Positions 37,510 through 50,706 of a stretch of 64,000 bases of DNA are shown in pieces. The stretch lies in the NCBI GenBank assembly GCA_965112155.1, contig OZ218101.1. One strand, given 5' to 3'. Positions within the stretch are counted from its first letter, which is position 1, and each line of letters starts with the position of its first letter. Made by a program: the position numbers and the translations under genes. The notes under the pieces were generated by a model. It was not told the DNA's origin. It made no database searches and was given only the letters and a program-made list of their open reading frames with translations. The stretch comes from Podarcis liolepis. Its lineage: Eukaryota.

Positions 37510-38165
37510 TGGGGGAGAAATTCAGTTCAGTTCATATTTAAAGGTGAATCTACCCAATTCGCACTTCCTGAAACAATGCGCGAATGAAAACATAGTCATC
37601 TATTAAAAATTCACACTTCTCCTAATTTTGCAATGCAGTTCTCTAGCCACATAAAGTGTACAATTGTACACAATTGTAAATTGTGCACAGGGATGCATAT
37701 ATTAGCGATCGTAACATACAAAAATGCATTGTATTACTGAATATTGCTATGCAGCAATGCATACAAAAATATGTGTACAGTGGTACCTCGAGTTACAAAC
37801 GTCTCAGGTTACAAACGCTTCAGGTTACAAACTCTGCTAACCTGGAAGAGTTACCTTGAGTTGAGAACTTTGCTCCAGGATGAGAATGGAAATTGTGTGT
37901 CGGCAGTGCAACGGCAGCAGCAAGAGGCCCCATTAGCGACAACATGCCTCTATTTAAGAACAGTTTCAGATTAAGTACGGAGCTCCGGAACGAATTAAGT
38001 TCATAACTAGAGGTACCACTGTATTAGGATAGATTCTGTATTATATTGTCTACAAATTTTCACGAGCTCTTTATAAAAATAAATTGCAAAGCGATGTGAA
38101 AACAGGGAGAAGGGAACTGAAGAACTGAAAAACGAGAACCCACAATTTGACAGATTTCACCCATT
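37510..38165 (+). mobile_element. Old dispersed repeat (same family as 30655-31025) hosting a Tigger-like MITE
   Basis: Shared motifs GGAGAAATTCAGTTC, TTTTGCAATGCAGTTCTC, TGACAGATTTCACCCAT. Confidence 0.55.
37778..38021. mobile_element. Tigger/pogo-like MITE
   Basis: TA-CAGTGGTACCTC ... GAGGTACCACTG-TA. Confidence 0.9.
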
Positions 38166-39477
38166 TCAAGCCCAGTCTGGATGAATGCAGTGAGCTAGCC
38201 CTGAAAATGGTTCAAAAGTCTGAGGGCAGAATGCAGTGGCTGAGGGTGGTTTTTTTGGTGGTGGTGGTGAACTTGCACTGATTTCTCAGATCATAACCCA
38301 CCAGTTTTAAAACGATACCACCATATGTGTAGCCACATATGGTTCCAATTCAGACTACTAGTGCTTACCCTTTTAAGCCCTAAATGTTTAAGTCCCAAGT
38401 ATTTAAAGGATCCCCTTTCCTCCTAAGAGCTGACCACACATTAAATCATTGGCTAATGCCCTTCCACAAATGCCATCTCCTCCAGAGGTAAGGCTTACTG
38501 CAGCAAGGGAGAGAGATGTTTTCATTTCTCTGTGGTGCTCTAGTGATGGAATGCCCTCTCCAGAGAGATGTGCCCAATCAAATGTTGCTATCTTTCATAT
38601 TTCTAATCCACTGAGTCATGTAAAACCATTTTATTTTTTTGGGCATTTGAAGCATCTTATCAGCTGTCGTTGGGAACGTATGCACGTATTGTTTCCTCGC
38701 TTGTCATTTTCATTTTCTGAAAACTGCCTTGAAAGAAATACCCGGAAGTTGTAAATAAATACTGTAAATAAACAAATATTGTGATTGCACACCTGTGGCA
38801 AAGGGGAGTGGCCTTATCATGTGACAGAATGTACCTGCTTAAAGTAGAATAGGGTGGCATGACCACACCAGTGTCATCATGATGGCTGTATGCAGAGGCA
38901 CTATCCAGAGGCATAACTTGGGAGGGGGGGGCACAAGGGCAGTTGCCCTGGATTCAAAATTGTTAAGAGTGAAAAATTTCAATATTCTGTGCTGCCTCAA
39001 TACAGCTGCATGCTTCCACCACTGGTCTCCATTGAAAAAAGCTTCTCCATGCAAACCAAGGTGTCAGTTCTCCAGACAATGGAATGACCCTTCTTTTCCT
39101 TTCCTTTTTCCTTTTAATTTTTTATTGGTAAATGCAATACTCACAAACACAAAACAAACTTATTAAACATACAACTCCTTCTTTCCTGAAAAGAAAACAA
39201 TGAAACAAAAGAAATATCACCTTAAATTACAAAAGAAACTAAACATAAAAGCATAAATCCTGACTTCCCTCCACCCATGTGTGACTTCCTTTATTTCTTT
39301 ATTTCTTTTCTTCTTTTTGCTGTGTTATCTGAATGACCCTTCTTTTCTTATCTCTGCAGCTGTGATCTGCTGGGTGATGCGGACGCTGTTAGGTAGTTCA
39401 ATGCGCATGCATACTCCATTTGTTTCCCTTCCTGCCACAGAACCCCTCCACAGAGCCCTGAGTGCTGGCAACCCATG

Positions 39478-39822
39478 TGGCCTTGGCCCAGTATACCTGA
39501 AGGAGCGTCTCCACCCACATCGTTCAGCCCAGACACTGAGGTCCAGCTCCGAGGGCCTTCTGGCAGTTCCTCACAGCGAGAAGTGAAGTTACAGGGAACC
39601 AGGCAGAGGGCCTTCTCGGTAGTGGCACCCACCCTGTGGAACACCCTCCCATCAGATGTCAAGGAAATAAAAAACTATCTGAAGGCAACTCTGTTTAGGG
39701 AAGTTTTTAATGTTTGATGTTTTATCGTGTTTTTAATATTCTGTTGGGAGCTGCCCAGAGTGGCTGGGGAAACCCAGCCAGATGGGCAGGGTATAATTTT
39801 TTTATTATTTTTTATTATTATT
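39478..39822 (+). mobile_element. L2-clade LINE 3' end
   Basis: GLGPVYLKERLHPH...RAFSVVAPTLWNTLP...LFREVFNV; AT-rich tail. Confidence 0.85.
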
Positions 39823-40098
39823 CCATTGGCACCATCCATATGAATACATGTTGCTGGGAAACAACAGTGGGAGAGGACTATTATGCTTGTGTTAAATAAA
39901 ATACAAAATGTTGTGCTTGTAGGCTTACCATAGGCGGTTCGCTGTTGTGGGATCAGTGAGGATGCAGATAGCCAAACACCTTCAAAAACAGTTGAACTAC
40001 AACTCCCAGCATTCCAGATGGGGATTATGGGAGAAGCAGTCCAAGAACTCCCTGGAACTGGCCATCCTAATGTGAGTAACACCTACCCATAAGGAGTA

Positions 40099-40449
40099 AA
40101 GGTAACAGGACCCCTGACCATTAGGTCCAGTTGTGACCGACTCTGGGGTTGCGGCGCTCATCTTGCTTTATTGGCTGAGGGAGCCGGCATACAGCTTCCA
40201 GATCATGTGGCCAGCATGACTAAGCAGCTTCTGGTGAACCAGAGCAGCGCATGGAAATGCTGTTTATCTTCCCGCCGGAGTGGTACCTATTTATCTACTT
40301 GCACTTTGACGTGCTTTCAAACTGCTAGGTTGGCAGGAGCTGGGACCGAGCAACGGGAGCTCACCCCGTCATGGGGATTTGAACCACTGACCTTCTGATC
40401 GGCAAGTCCTAGGCTCTGTGGTTTAACCCACAGTGCCACCCGCGTCCCT
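40099..40449 (-). mobile_element. Sauria SINE, full length
   Basis: TSD CCCATAAGGAGTA. Confidence 0.94.
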
Positions 40450-41347
40450 CCCATAAGGAGTAGCTTGGCCAAATTCAGAGAGGCAGGTGGCTAGCTCCAG
40501 TGGGCCATCATTCCATCAACAACCTGCCCATATTATGGGCTATCAAAAGAAATTTGCAGTGAGGGGGTTGAAAAGATGAAAGCCCTGTTGGCCATAGGCG
40601 GTCTCATTAGATTGCATCACTTGTGAGTTGCAGTTGTTTTTGAAAAACATACTTAGCATTTTGAACTTTTATGCCTGGTGATGGAAATAGTACCCTTAAG
40701 TATGTTTGCTAACAATTTCTTTTTTATGTGCTATGTGGTAGACAATATTTTCCAGCTATTTTAATTAGCCTTCTCAATGCCCCCTTTCACCTGAGAGTTT
40801 CTCATTACTGGGGAACATATGGATGTATATGTTTCTTCGGCAATCAGATCTGAACAAAATAATTATTCACTCATTTTCCAATTACTCCTCAGAATCAAAT
40901 GAAACAGGGCTATTTGCAAAGACAGTTTCTCATAATAAATCCCATGAAACCATATTTAATGTATCTTCCATTCAAGCCGTTTAATTTCAAGATCACAGTG
41001 TAGATGGCAAAGGGAGGAGGGTGGAGGAGGGAGGGAATTTTTACACACCAACAATAAGGGGTCTCAAGAGTAGGATTAGAGATCAAGTGAATAGCAGATT
41101 AAGGGGAAAAAACAAATTTATTAAAAGAGAATTAATAACAGGTTAAATGATTAACCTTTGCATATGTTGCTGCCTCACCCACCATGTTCGGAATGCTCCA
41201 GAAACTTGATATAGTTCATGGAAACTTTACAGACAGTGGAAACAGAGGAGCTCCCTCTTGGTGTGACATGATAGCTGCCACAGTACATCTCCTTCCTGCA
41301 GTGCTTTAGTGCTGCTGGAAGCATGAGTTCATATAGGACATATAGAA

Positions 41348-41481
41348 CAGGCATAGGCAACCTCGGCCCTCCAAATGTTTTGGGACTACAATTCCCATCA
41401 TCTCTGACCACTGGTCCTGTTAGCTAGGGATCAAAAATGTAGTCCCAAAAATATCTGGCGGGCCGAGTTTGCCTATGCCTG
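41348..41481. mobile_element. ~134-bp hAT-like palindromic MITE
   Basis: TIR CAGGCATAGGCAA / TTGCCTATGCCTG; perfect TSD ATATAGAA. Confidence 0.9.
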
Positions 41482-42129
41482 ATATAGAACTTCTCAACAC
41501 CAGTGCCATTCATCCTGTGTCCTGGCGTGGCAATGATGTAGAAGAAAATGTGGTTTGGATATCTTGCACATGACCAGGAGCTTACTCTGTAGCAGAGTGT
41601 TGAAGGAAAGAGACATGCCACAGGTTAGATAAGGCAGGGGTAGGGAACTCATGCCAAAAATGTGCCTGTCTCTCTGTGGTCCACAGGACTCTCCTTGGGC
41701 CACACCCCTTCCTCAGTATTCAGGCTTTTGCCTGAATGAAAGTGCGTTCCATTCCTACACACACATGTGTAGAAACCTCTGACACCTGTATGGCTAGAAC
41801 GTGGCCTCCTGTATAAAGGTAAGAGTCACACCTGTGGTCCACCCACATTTGCCTTTGACCATGCTGGCATGTGTCCTCCTCAGGCTCAGATGTTTCCTTA
41901 GATGGAAATGTAGCCCTCTGAGGTAAAGTACCACCACTAGCAAGTCCAAGTAGATGCCAGTGTGGTTGACAAGCTAAGTCAATGAAGCTATAATAGGCAG
42001 TAAGACTTCTTTTGAAAAGTGGAAGACTTGACTAAGTCTTAACAAAGGAACACCAACCAAATCAAAACAAATATAAGGGGACATGCAGAGGACAACAAGA
42101 AGAAGGAGGACAATCTGAGGAGCATATGC

Positions 42130-45100
42130 CTAAAAACATGAAAGCAATGAATACAGCTTTCTTTAAATACATCTGCTAGCGTGTTGTTGAATTGTTAGAC
42201 ATCAGAAGTATGAAAAAGTAGCTGAAAGAAGATAGGTGGTTGTGGAGAAGGTAAATGAATTCTTTGTGCCAGTCTTCACTGTGGAAGATGTTGAGCACCA
42301 CACACAACTGAATCAGTTAGGAAAATAATAATAATAATCTAAAGAATTTAGGCAAATAGAGGCAAACAGAGAAATGTCCCCAGTTAATTACAAATCACCG
42401 ACAAATTACAAATGAACTCAAATCTAAAATTTTTGCTCCTGTAACAAAAATATACAACTTGTCACTAAAATTGGCCTCTTTACCAGATGATTGAGAGGTA
42501 GCTAATGCAACACCATTTTTTTAAATAAAAGGATTCTGGAAAATGAGGAAATTACATGCTTGCAACCAGCTTCTATCCTGGGTAAATTAGTGGAAAGGAC
42601 TGCAAAAGATAATATTATGTGGTTGAGCTTCCTGTGTTTGGGGTAATCTCAAAGGGTTGGCACCCCCAGAATGCAGTGGAAGAGCCTCACTCTGGGAAAA
42701 CCGCCTTGCAGTCCCAGTCGCAGGGAAACTGGGCCAGGCTGGGGCTCAGAGCATGTGCAGATGCAGTAAACATACTGGACATTGTTTTGGGGTTCAAATA
42801 GGCCACAACTTTATTGCTTACAAATGTAAGTAGGTTTTGGCATAGGCATTGGAATAGGCATTCAGGGTCGATCCTGGATGAAGCATTTTTCTATGATGCA
42901 CATTAAGCAGGGCTGATCCCTCAAGACCTCAATTTTGGGGTGGGGTGCTATGGTCCATCAGTCCCCATCGGCATCTGGACAGAAGCACCTGCTCCCAGAC
43001 ATCCTTAATGCAGCACCCATGAATCCCTGTAGTGAACAGGAATACACTCCCAACTACCTCCCACACAAGAGTAGGGATCCAACCCAATGCTTCATCTGTG
43101 AGAAAGTTGTGACAATTGCTAAACGTCTAGACAGGCCCAATTCGTCTTCAGGAAAATTCCTCCCTAGCCTGGAATACGGTGACTGAATATCTCCAAAGCA
43201 AGGTCACAGCACCTGCCAGTTCACCTTTGGGAAGGGTCTTGTGCTACACAGGGTGGGAGGATGGGGAATTCAGCCCCAACTGAGGCCTTCTTTTATCCCT
43301 AGCAAACAGACCTGAGTGAAGAAGGGCTAAAGTCCTCATCCAGGTGTGCCAGCAAGCCAAGCCATCATAAACTATTTTGGATTCATCTGTTTAAATCCAG
43401 CAAAGCCTGTGATTGCAGACTCTCTAAGTTTCCCTACTTTCCAAGGACAGTCCAGGATTTGCAGAAGCTATCCTGGTTTCTGATTTGATCCCACAATGTC
43501 CCGCTTTTCCTTCAGACGTCCCTATTTTCATTGGAGAAATGTTGGAGGGTATGTGACTGGTTTGTTTAAAGTGTAGTCCTCAGGGGAACCTGTGCGGCCA
43601 GAGAAGGAGGGGATATTGTCCCTCAATGACCACTTTGGGTCAGAGGAATTGCAGGCCAGGCTGCAATTGCCACTCCACCTCATCTGCAGGTAAGTGGTTC
43701 TTCATGATTAAGGTATCACCCCTGCCTGAACAGTAAGCCTTGCACAGGGAAAATCAAAATGCCTTTGATAAAGTCCTGCCTCACTCACTAAAGTTTAGAA
43801 TTCTTTGGAGAGAATGAACATATAGGAAGAGGCAAACTTGTAGGCATGCTTTGGCTAAATCCCTCACCAAAGACACTGGAAAAAAACTTAGGGAGCAATC
43901 CAAACTCAAGATCTGCTGAGACGAGCAGAGTTTGGAGCAGGCAAATCTCTGGCTGAGCCCTCATGATAGCTCTGCTGGAGATACACCAGCAGAGGTCCTC
44001 TGTCTTGCTTCAGCCAGGGCTCAGCCAGTGCCAGCTGAGCTGAGGCCAGGGTCAGTCTCAAAAAAGCAGTGTGGAGGGAGAGATGGTCAGGGGGACCCCC
44101 TGTTCCAAACTAGGTTATGTGACCTAGCAACCTGGCTGAAGTCACACTGGCAAAAAAGGTGGCTCTAGTCACACTCTATTTTTTAAAAAAACTTCTTTTC
44201 CCTTTGCCAGGCTCTGGATAGCTGAACTGGCAGTAGCCCCACTCCTGAATGGAGTTTGGACTAGCAGTAAATTACTCTGGCATAATTTACCTCATGCTGG
44301 TCTCCTATGGTTTGCTCTGCCCATTATCGTGCAATGAGAGCACAGATTCCGATATGCATTGGTTGATTGTGAAAGAAAAGGAAGCCGGGAGATGGAAAAA
44401 AAATAGACAGTTTTTACAATGTAGAGAAATAAGCAGGGAGGCTTCCCTCAAGGGACTTTTTCCTGAACTGCTGTCACAGAACAAAAAAATGATTTGGTAT
44501 CAGAGTTGCATGGTGAGGCCATCCACGTTTCTGGATGACAATGAATTATTCAGGATGTTGAAAGCAGAATGTGAAGAACTCCAAAAGGATCTATCCAAAC
44601 TGGGTGAATGGATAACAAGATGGCACAGGAGATTCACAGTGGGATCCTGAACATCATGACTCAGAAGTAAGCCCCATTGAGTGCAATGATACTTACTACC
44701 AGGAATGTGTGAGTACCGGTAAGTTTAGAGTGAAGCAAATTTTAAGTACAAAGAGATGCGCTTTGGAACAAATATATCCCTCAGTTTCACATAAATACTG
44801 TTGGGATCTGAACTGGGGTGAGTCCCAAGAAAATAGATCTTGAGGATCTATCAATGAAAGCCTCCACACAGTGTGCAAAAGTGATGGAAAAAGCAATTCT
44901 GTGCTGAGGTTTATTAGGGAAGGAACTGAAAATAAAACCTCCAGTATCATTCTCCCTTTTTATTTATAAAAAACCTGTGATGTAGCACCTGTCCGCATTG
45001 TGTGAAACACTATGTCACCCTTCTCAAAAAAAGGATACTGTAGAGCTAAAGAGGTGAAGAAATGGGTAACCCAAATTATCAAGGGGATGGAACAGTTTTT

Positions 45101-45215
45101 GCAGGAAGAAAGGCCAAAAGCATTTCAAACATTTTTCTTTAGGAAAGAAACACAAAGCTCAAGTGAGGACATTAGAGAGATTTATAAAGAATACACAGTG
45201 TGGAAAAATATCACA
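42130..45215 (+). mobile_element. Old, fragmented CR1 LINE (pieces ~42130-42615, ~43750-43800, ~44390-45215) split by later insertions
   Basis: Degenerate remnants of NEFF.PVFTVED, PDDW.VAN.TPF, AFDKVL, PQG, and LDDNELFRMLKAECEELQKDLSKLGEW in collinear ORF2 order. Confidence 0.75.
42618..43400 (-). mobile_element. LTR-like insertion inside the old CR1
   Basis: Similar to 9150-9660; minus-strand AATAAAGTTGTGGCC; TG at the plus-strand left end; right boundary uncertain. Confidence 0.4.
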
Positions 45216-48200
45216 GTTTAGTGGTAGGATATATGATTTGCATACAAAACTTTAAAGTACCACTACCAGTCAGCACAGATCAGTTTTCCATAACTGGATT
45301 TTCTCCAGAGCATGTTCTTCTGTCAGGGGAAGAGTTATTTTGATAGAGGAAGACGATTTTGGAATCAAACCACCTACCATGTTAAGGTGGGTTGCTGTAG
45401 TTTCTGTGTGATGTGAAAGCACTCTACACATGCTCTGGAACATTTGTATCTGAGAGCTCAGCCCAGGCTGAGGGTCCAGAATGTAATGCTCTTAGGCTTC
45501 TGCCTTGAGCTGAGCTCTAAAACATCAGTGCTCAAATGAAGCTCTGGCTGCTGATGGAAAATAATGTATTCTCAGCTGAGATTTCTTTCTGCCTAAAATT
45601 AGAGAGCACAACTTTCGTGCCAAAAATACCCTAGAAATAGCTATTTATATAATCAAATCTTCTTCCTCTCTATTTTTTTAATAGAAAAAACACGCTCTAT
45701 TCTTCCAGTATTAGAACACTGCTGATTAAAAAAACAAATCCTTACATTAATATTATTTTGTGGTCCATAGATCATAATAACCTTCTGTTAGTTGCTTCTC
45801 AGTGCCAGGAAGGTTGTGAGGAGGAAGCAAAAACAGTGGATGATGACAGCTGTCATCCGATGACTGAATCACTTTTGAAATTGGAGAACAATCTTGTGTT
45901 TTGCCCCTTTAGCTGAGGATCCGAATGCTTTGACACCGGGCTACAGTTTTGTGTCGGCAATTTTTCTGTATCCCAGCTCCAAATCAGAGGCCAGCTGACT
46001 CATGGCATGGAAGCCCATAAAATGCTCAGATACAAACCACCTGCACAGAAACCGCTCACTTTCCACATCTCCTTTTATTTCTCCCATAATAGCACCATAA
46101 TAATTTTGCCTTATCCTTCAGAGGTATTTTGCTCACTTTATTATAGTGTTGTCTACTGCAGCTCAGCCTCAGTCATCATTTCTATGACAAACAAATAACC
46201 AGCCTTTAAAAATCCATTCAGGGATGAAACCTGGTGTACATAGCCACAGCGTGAAAACAATTTATTGTGCTCCCCCTTCTTTTTAACAGTATGCACTTTG
46301 TTTAACTCTGTTGAAGGGTTTTGTTTTGTTTTTAAAAGAAAGCTATAGCAGGATTTCTTTCTTTCTTTCTTTCTTTTTTTCCAAATAAGAGGTTTCCTGA
46401 AACAGAGGCCTATAATTTTTGTACTCCAGCAGATCCTCCGGCAAGGTATTATTCTGAATGCACACATTTGCAAAATGATAAAATTGAATGCGGGGATGAA
46501 TTATATTATATTGTCCTTTTATTCAGACCAGTCAGATGTTGAAAAATAGAGACAAATTGGAAGGACTTCAGAGAAGGGTTGGTGGTGTGGAAAACACATC
46601 CTATGAAGAAAGGGTGAAAGAGCAGGAAGATTGAGAAGCCGGTAGCCTCTCAAATTCTCGAACCTTTATTGGCATATCTACAAGATTCCAGTAGGGTAAA
46701 TCTTCATGTCACATGACAAACCACTTTTTAATTAAGAACACTTAAGAAGAAAAAGAGTTTGTGTTGTGGCAAAGAGGGGTGGTATTTAAAGAAAAGGAAT
46801 CAAATCCCTCCCCAGGCATGTTCAAGCCCTTGGGCATGTTTGAGGTAGCTTTTTGGCTCCAAGGCAAAGTCTGATGCCCGCATTATTTCCTTGCCGGTTC
46901 TGAAAGATGAAGATGTACCAAGTTCCAAAATTTACTTATTTACATAATTTACGCATCCATCATTTACATCCTTAAAAGTGTGTATTACGAAAACTGATTG
47001 CAATGATTTAGTGCAGAACTAAGTAGTACACCATGCTAGCAATTAGCTATACCTCCATTTATTTGATACATTATGATGATTTAAGGCTCTTCATGTTGCA
47101 TTTAGCAATCTCATATGCATGTCGGGGTGCAAGCCCATACATGCACCTGCCATATAAAGCAACGTTTATGCAGCCACGGCAGACATAACAGTATATTCAG
47201 GGTAGGGGGTGTCTGCATCCGAAGGAATTGCTGTCGAACTGTGTGATGGCCCTCAGAAAACAAGCAATTTCTGTGTGTCTGATTAGTCGACAATCCATAG
47301 ACTATGACACATTAAAGGTACTGCCGAGATTTGTTGGCTTCGTCGGTTGTGTAGCTCGAGCTCACAAAAAAAATCTTTAGGGCTCAAAGGAAAATCAAAG
47401 GATAATGGCTCTTAGGGGAACGTTGAATTGCATGGCTTCCCAACCCCAAATTATAAAGTTGTAGCTCTTCAGCTGCATCCCTGCCTGCCACCGAGCAAAC
47501 ATAGACATTTCCAAGGAAAAAAGGCAATCATACCCACCCCCTTTTTTTAAGATACTGAGACATCAGGGTTCACTCAAACAAGTCAAGCCAAATTAATTAG
47601 TAGCTCATTTGCATAGCCTCATCCTATTGGCTGACATATTCCACAGGTGTGTTTGTGTGGGGGAAGCTATCAGTGTTTAGCTTCTCCTAGTGACAGGGGT
47701 ACATTGTTGGGGAAGCCTGTGTCTCAAAGTTGCCAGATTCCAGGTGCCAGGGCCAGCGCAGACTGTCTCAAATACTCTGGGAAAGGACCTGAGCGAAGCC
47801 TACCTGCTCTGTCAGGCCCACCCCAAGGGAGGCCCTGCCTGCAGTCCTGCCTGCCTTTGGTCAATTTTGCAGGCAGGCTTGGAACCATTTTCCTGGCTGG
47901 CAAGGAGAACGACAAGGCCCCTTGCCAGCTGGGCAGATCCTAGCAATGATGGCCCACATTGGATCCTGGTAAAAGGAGGCATCACCGGCCTGCAACGCCA
48001 CTGTACCAGGTCTTCCAGTATTGGCAGGAGTACATTGTTGGGGAATCCCATGTCTCAGAGTTGCCAGGTTCTATCTTGTAGGCATCACTCTCTGCCCAAC
48101 TTTTTTCAGCAGGGGGAAATATGTAGCCACGTTCCGTTTCCCAAGGTCTGCTTGATGTGCAAACAGGTGGCTCCCCAAGGACCAACTGGTACTGTAAGTA

Positions 48201-49640
48201 CAAGGCACTCAGCCTGGTATTTGTATTCGATGTTACAAGAAAAGGACCGATACCCCGCCAACTCGAAGGAAGAAGCACCTCCTTATTTCCATCACAGGCA
48301 GCGAGAAATTCTCTCATTATCATGCATAACTCTACCAGTTCTGCATACTTGAAATGAACGAATCGATTGTGCATCTCACAAAGTGGACCTGGATTTCGAA
48401 ATAACCAGCACATGCAGAATCCACTGCCGCCCCCCCCCCAAGCCTCTGAATATCATGTTATTTGTGCATTTCAGTGATTGTTAGTTATTCATCTTCGCTC
48501 ACATCGTCAGCAGGCATATGGGGGAAGTCTATACAGAAGCCAGCAGAGAGGAAGAAGCAAGTAAAATAAACAGATGGGTGGACAGGGAGGAAACAATATT
48601 AAGTAGTTAAATAGACAATATAATGTCTAGAGAGAAAAATAAAGGGGCTAAGAGGGAAGGAAGGGCTCTGATAGTAACCTTCCCTATGTTCCCCCCCTTC
48701 TCTCCCCCCCCCCCCATTCACACAGTGAAACTAGGAAGGGTAGCTTCTCAGGAAAATTACGAGGCGTCTGTAAACAAATGCAAAGATCAGAAACATGAAG
48801 ATACAAGGGTGTATGGGAGCCAAGAAACTCTGTGTCTCTGGTATGAAATGCTTTACCTTTAATGGCGTCCTGCCCGTTTTCTATTGACATAACTGATAGC
48901 AGAATATCTGATAGCCAAGTGAGGATTGCCGAGTTTAACCAAAACAAAGTGAAGCAGTGGGACTCCGCGGAAGCTCAAATGCGAACGACTATAAAATGCC
49001 AGCTGGTTGAATAATGAAAAACAGATTAATGATCTGACTCAGAACTGATTTGTTGCTAGAAATGGACTGCGGTGTTGTGGTTCCAGATTCATTCTCCATT
49101 CCCTTTTCAACCATTCAGAAAGTGGTCAAGAATGTGCCAGCATTTGCAAATAAAGGGTAGTGAAGTTGCTGGTTCTTGTGACGATATCGTGATGCTTATG
49201 ATAGCTGAGGATTTCCTTAAAGCAGGATGGCTAACCTGTTCCATTTCAATAATCCCTATCCATTGGTCAATTGGACTGGAGCTAATGGAAACAGGAATGA
49301 ATGGGAGATGTACAGGGGAGCAAAGGGCTTTCTACTTTCTGAAGGGCCACTCCCCATGTGACTTTTCCTTACGCTAGTGTGCAAAACCTGTGGGGAAGCC
49401 AACAGAAAAAGTCTGAACGGCATCCTTGTTTTCAAGCACGAGAGTAGCCAAACGAGAGTTCAAGACACGCATTTGGCAACACTCTTCAGATCCATTCCGT
49501 TCGGTTTGTTCATTTTATGTATCGTGTCACACTGCCAAAAAGAGCCCTGAAGCAATTTGCAGGGACAATAACCTACAAAATATACAATTAAAAAATCCAT
49601 TAAATTGAAAGAAATCTACTAAAAGTGCTCAAAACTGGTA

Positions 49641-50061
49641 CACTCCCAGTACATTTTCGAGCACGATTCAAAGTGTTGGTGCTGACCTTTAAAGCCCTAA
49701 ATGGCCTCAGTCCTGTATACCTGAAGGAGCGTCTCCACCCCCATCGTTCAGCCTGGACATTGAGATCCAGCGCCGAGGGCCTTCTGGCGGTTCCCTCATT
49801 GCGAGAAGCGAGGCTACAGGGAACCAGACAGAGGGCCTCCTCGGTAGTGGCGCCCGCCCTGTGGAACGCCCTCCCATCAGATGTCAAAGAGATAAACAAT
49901 TACTTGACATTCAGAAGACATCTCAAGGCAGCCCTGTTCAGGGAAGTTTTTAATATGTAACGCTGTACTGTTTTTAAGACTTGATTGGGAGCCGCCCAGA
50001 GTGGCTGGGGAAACTCAGCCAGATGGGCGGGGTATAAATAATAATAATAATAATAATAATA

Positions 50062-50104
<43 letters not shown>
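49641..50104 (+). mobile_element. L2-clade LINE 3' end with (AAT)/(ATT) tail
   Basis: LPVHFRARFKVLVLTFKALNGLSPVYLKERLHPH...LKAALFREVFNM. Confidence 0.9.
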
Positions 50105-50106
<2 letters not shown>

Positions 50107-50447
50107 ACCAAATGCATCGCTGGCATTGTGGGAAAGGAGGCAGAGAAGCCTTTGCTGCGGGTGCTTGAAGGTGACATCTCATGCCACTCGGGGTGAGGAC
50201 CTGGGTGGGCTGGAGAGCAGGGATGAACGATGCCAAACTGCTTATAAGCCCCAGAGTTGGCACAGAGGGGACCTCTTTGGACAAGGGACAGAAGGGCAGT
50301 GAGTGGGTTGCCCTAGGTTGGAGATGAGGCAGGAGCTGCTGCTAAAACCACTTGGCTGTTTTAGTTGGCTGGCTGTCCTGTTTTCTTTAACTAGGTATTT
50401 GGTTAAATTGGAAAATCTAATAATTGTCTTTACTGCTGCTCAGTGTG

Positions 50448-50706
50448 CAGTTGTACCTCAGGTTGCAGATGCTTCAGGTTGCGTTTTTTCGGGTTACAGA
50501 CCCACCGAAACCCAGAAGTACTGAACGGGTTACTTCCAGGTTTCAGCGGTCGCACATGCGCAGAAGCACTAAATCTCGCTTTGCGCATGCACAGAAGCGC
50601 CGAATCGCAATCTGTGCGTGTGCAGATGCGCCGCTGCAAGCTGCGAATGCTGCAGGTTGGAACGTTTATCCTGCACGGATCATGTTCGCAACCCGAGCGT
50701 CCACTG
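50448..50706. mobile_element. Tigger/pogo-like MITE, second subfamily
   Basis: CAGTTGTACCTCAGGTTGC ... GCAACCCGAGCGTCCACTG-TA. Confidence 0.8.

Noticed and set aside
47690-48352. 220-aa ORF as a gene
   Set aside because: Non-ATG start, no domain recognised, composition typical of random GC-richer sequence.
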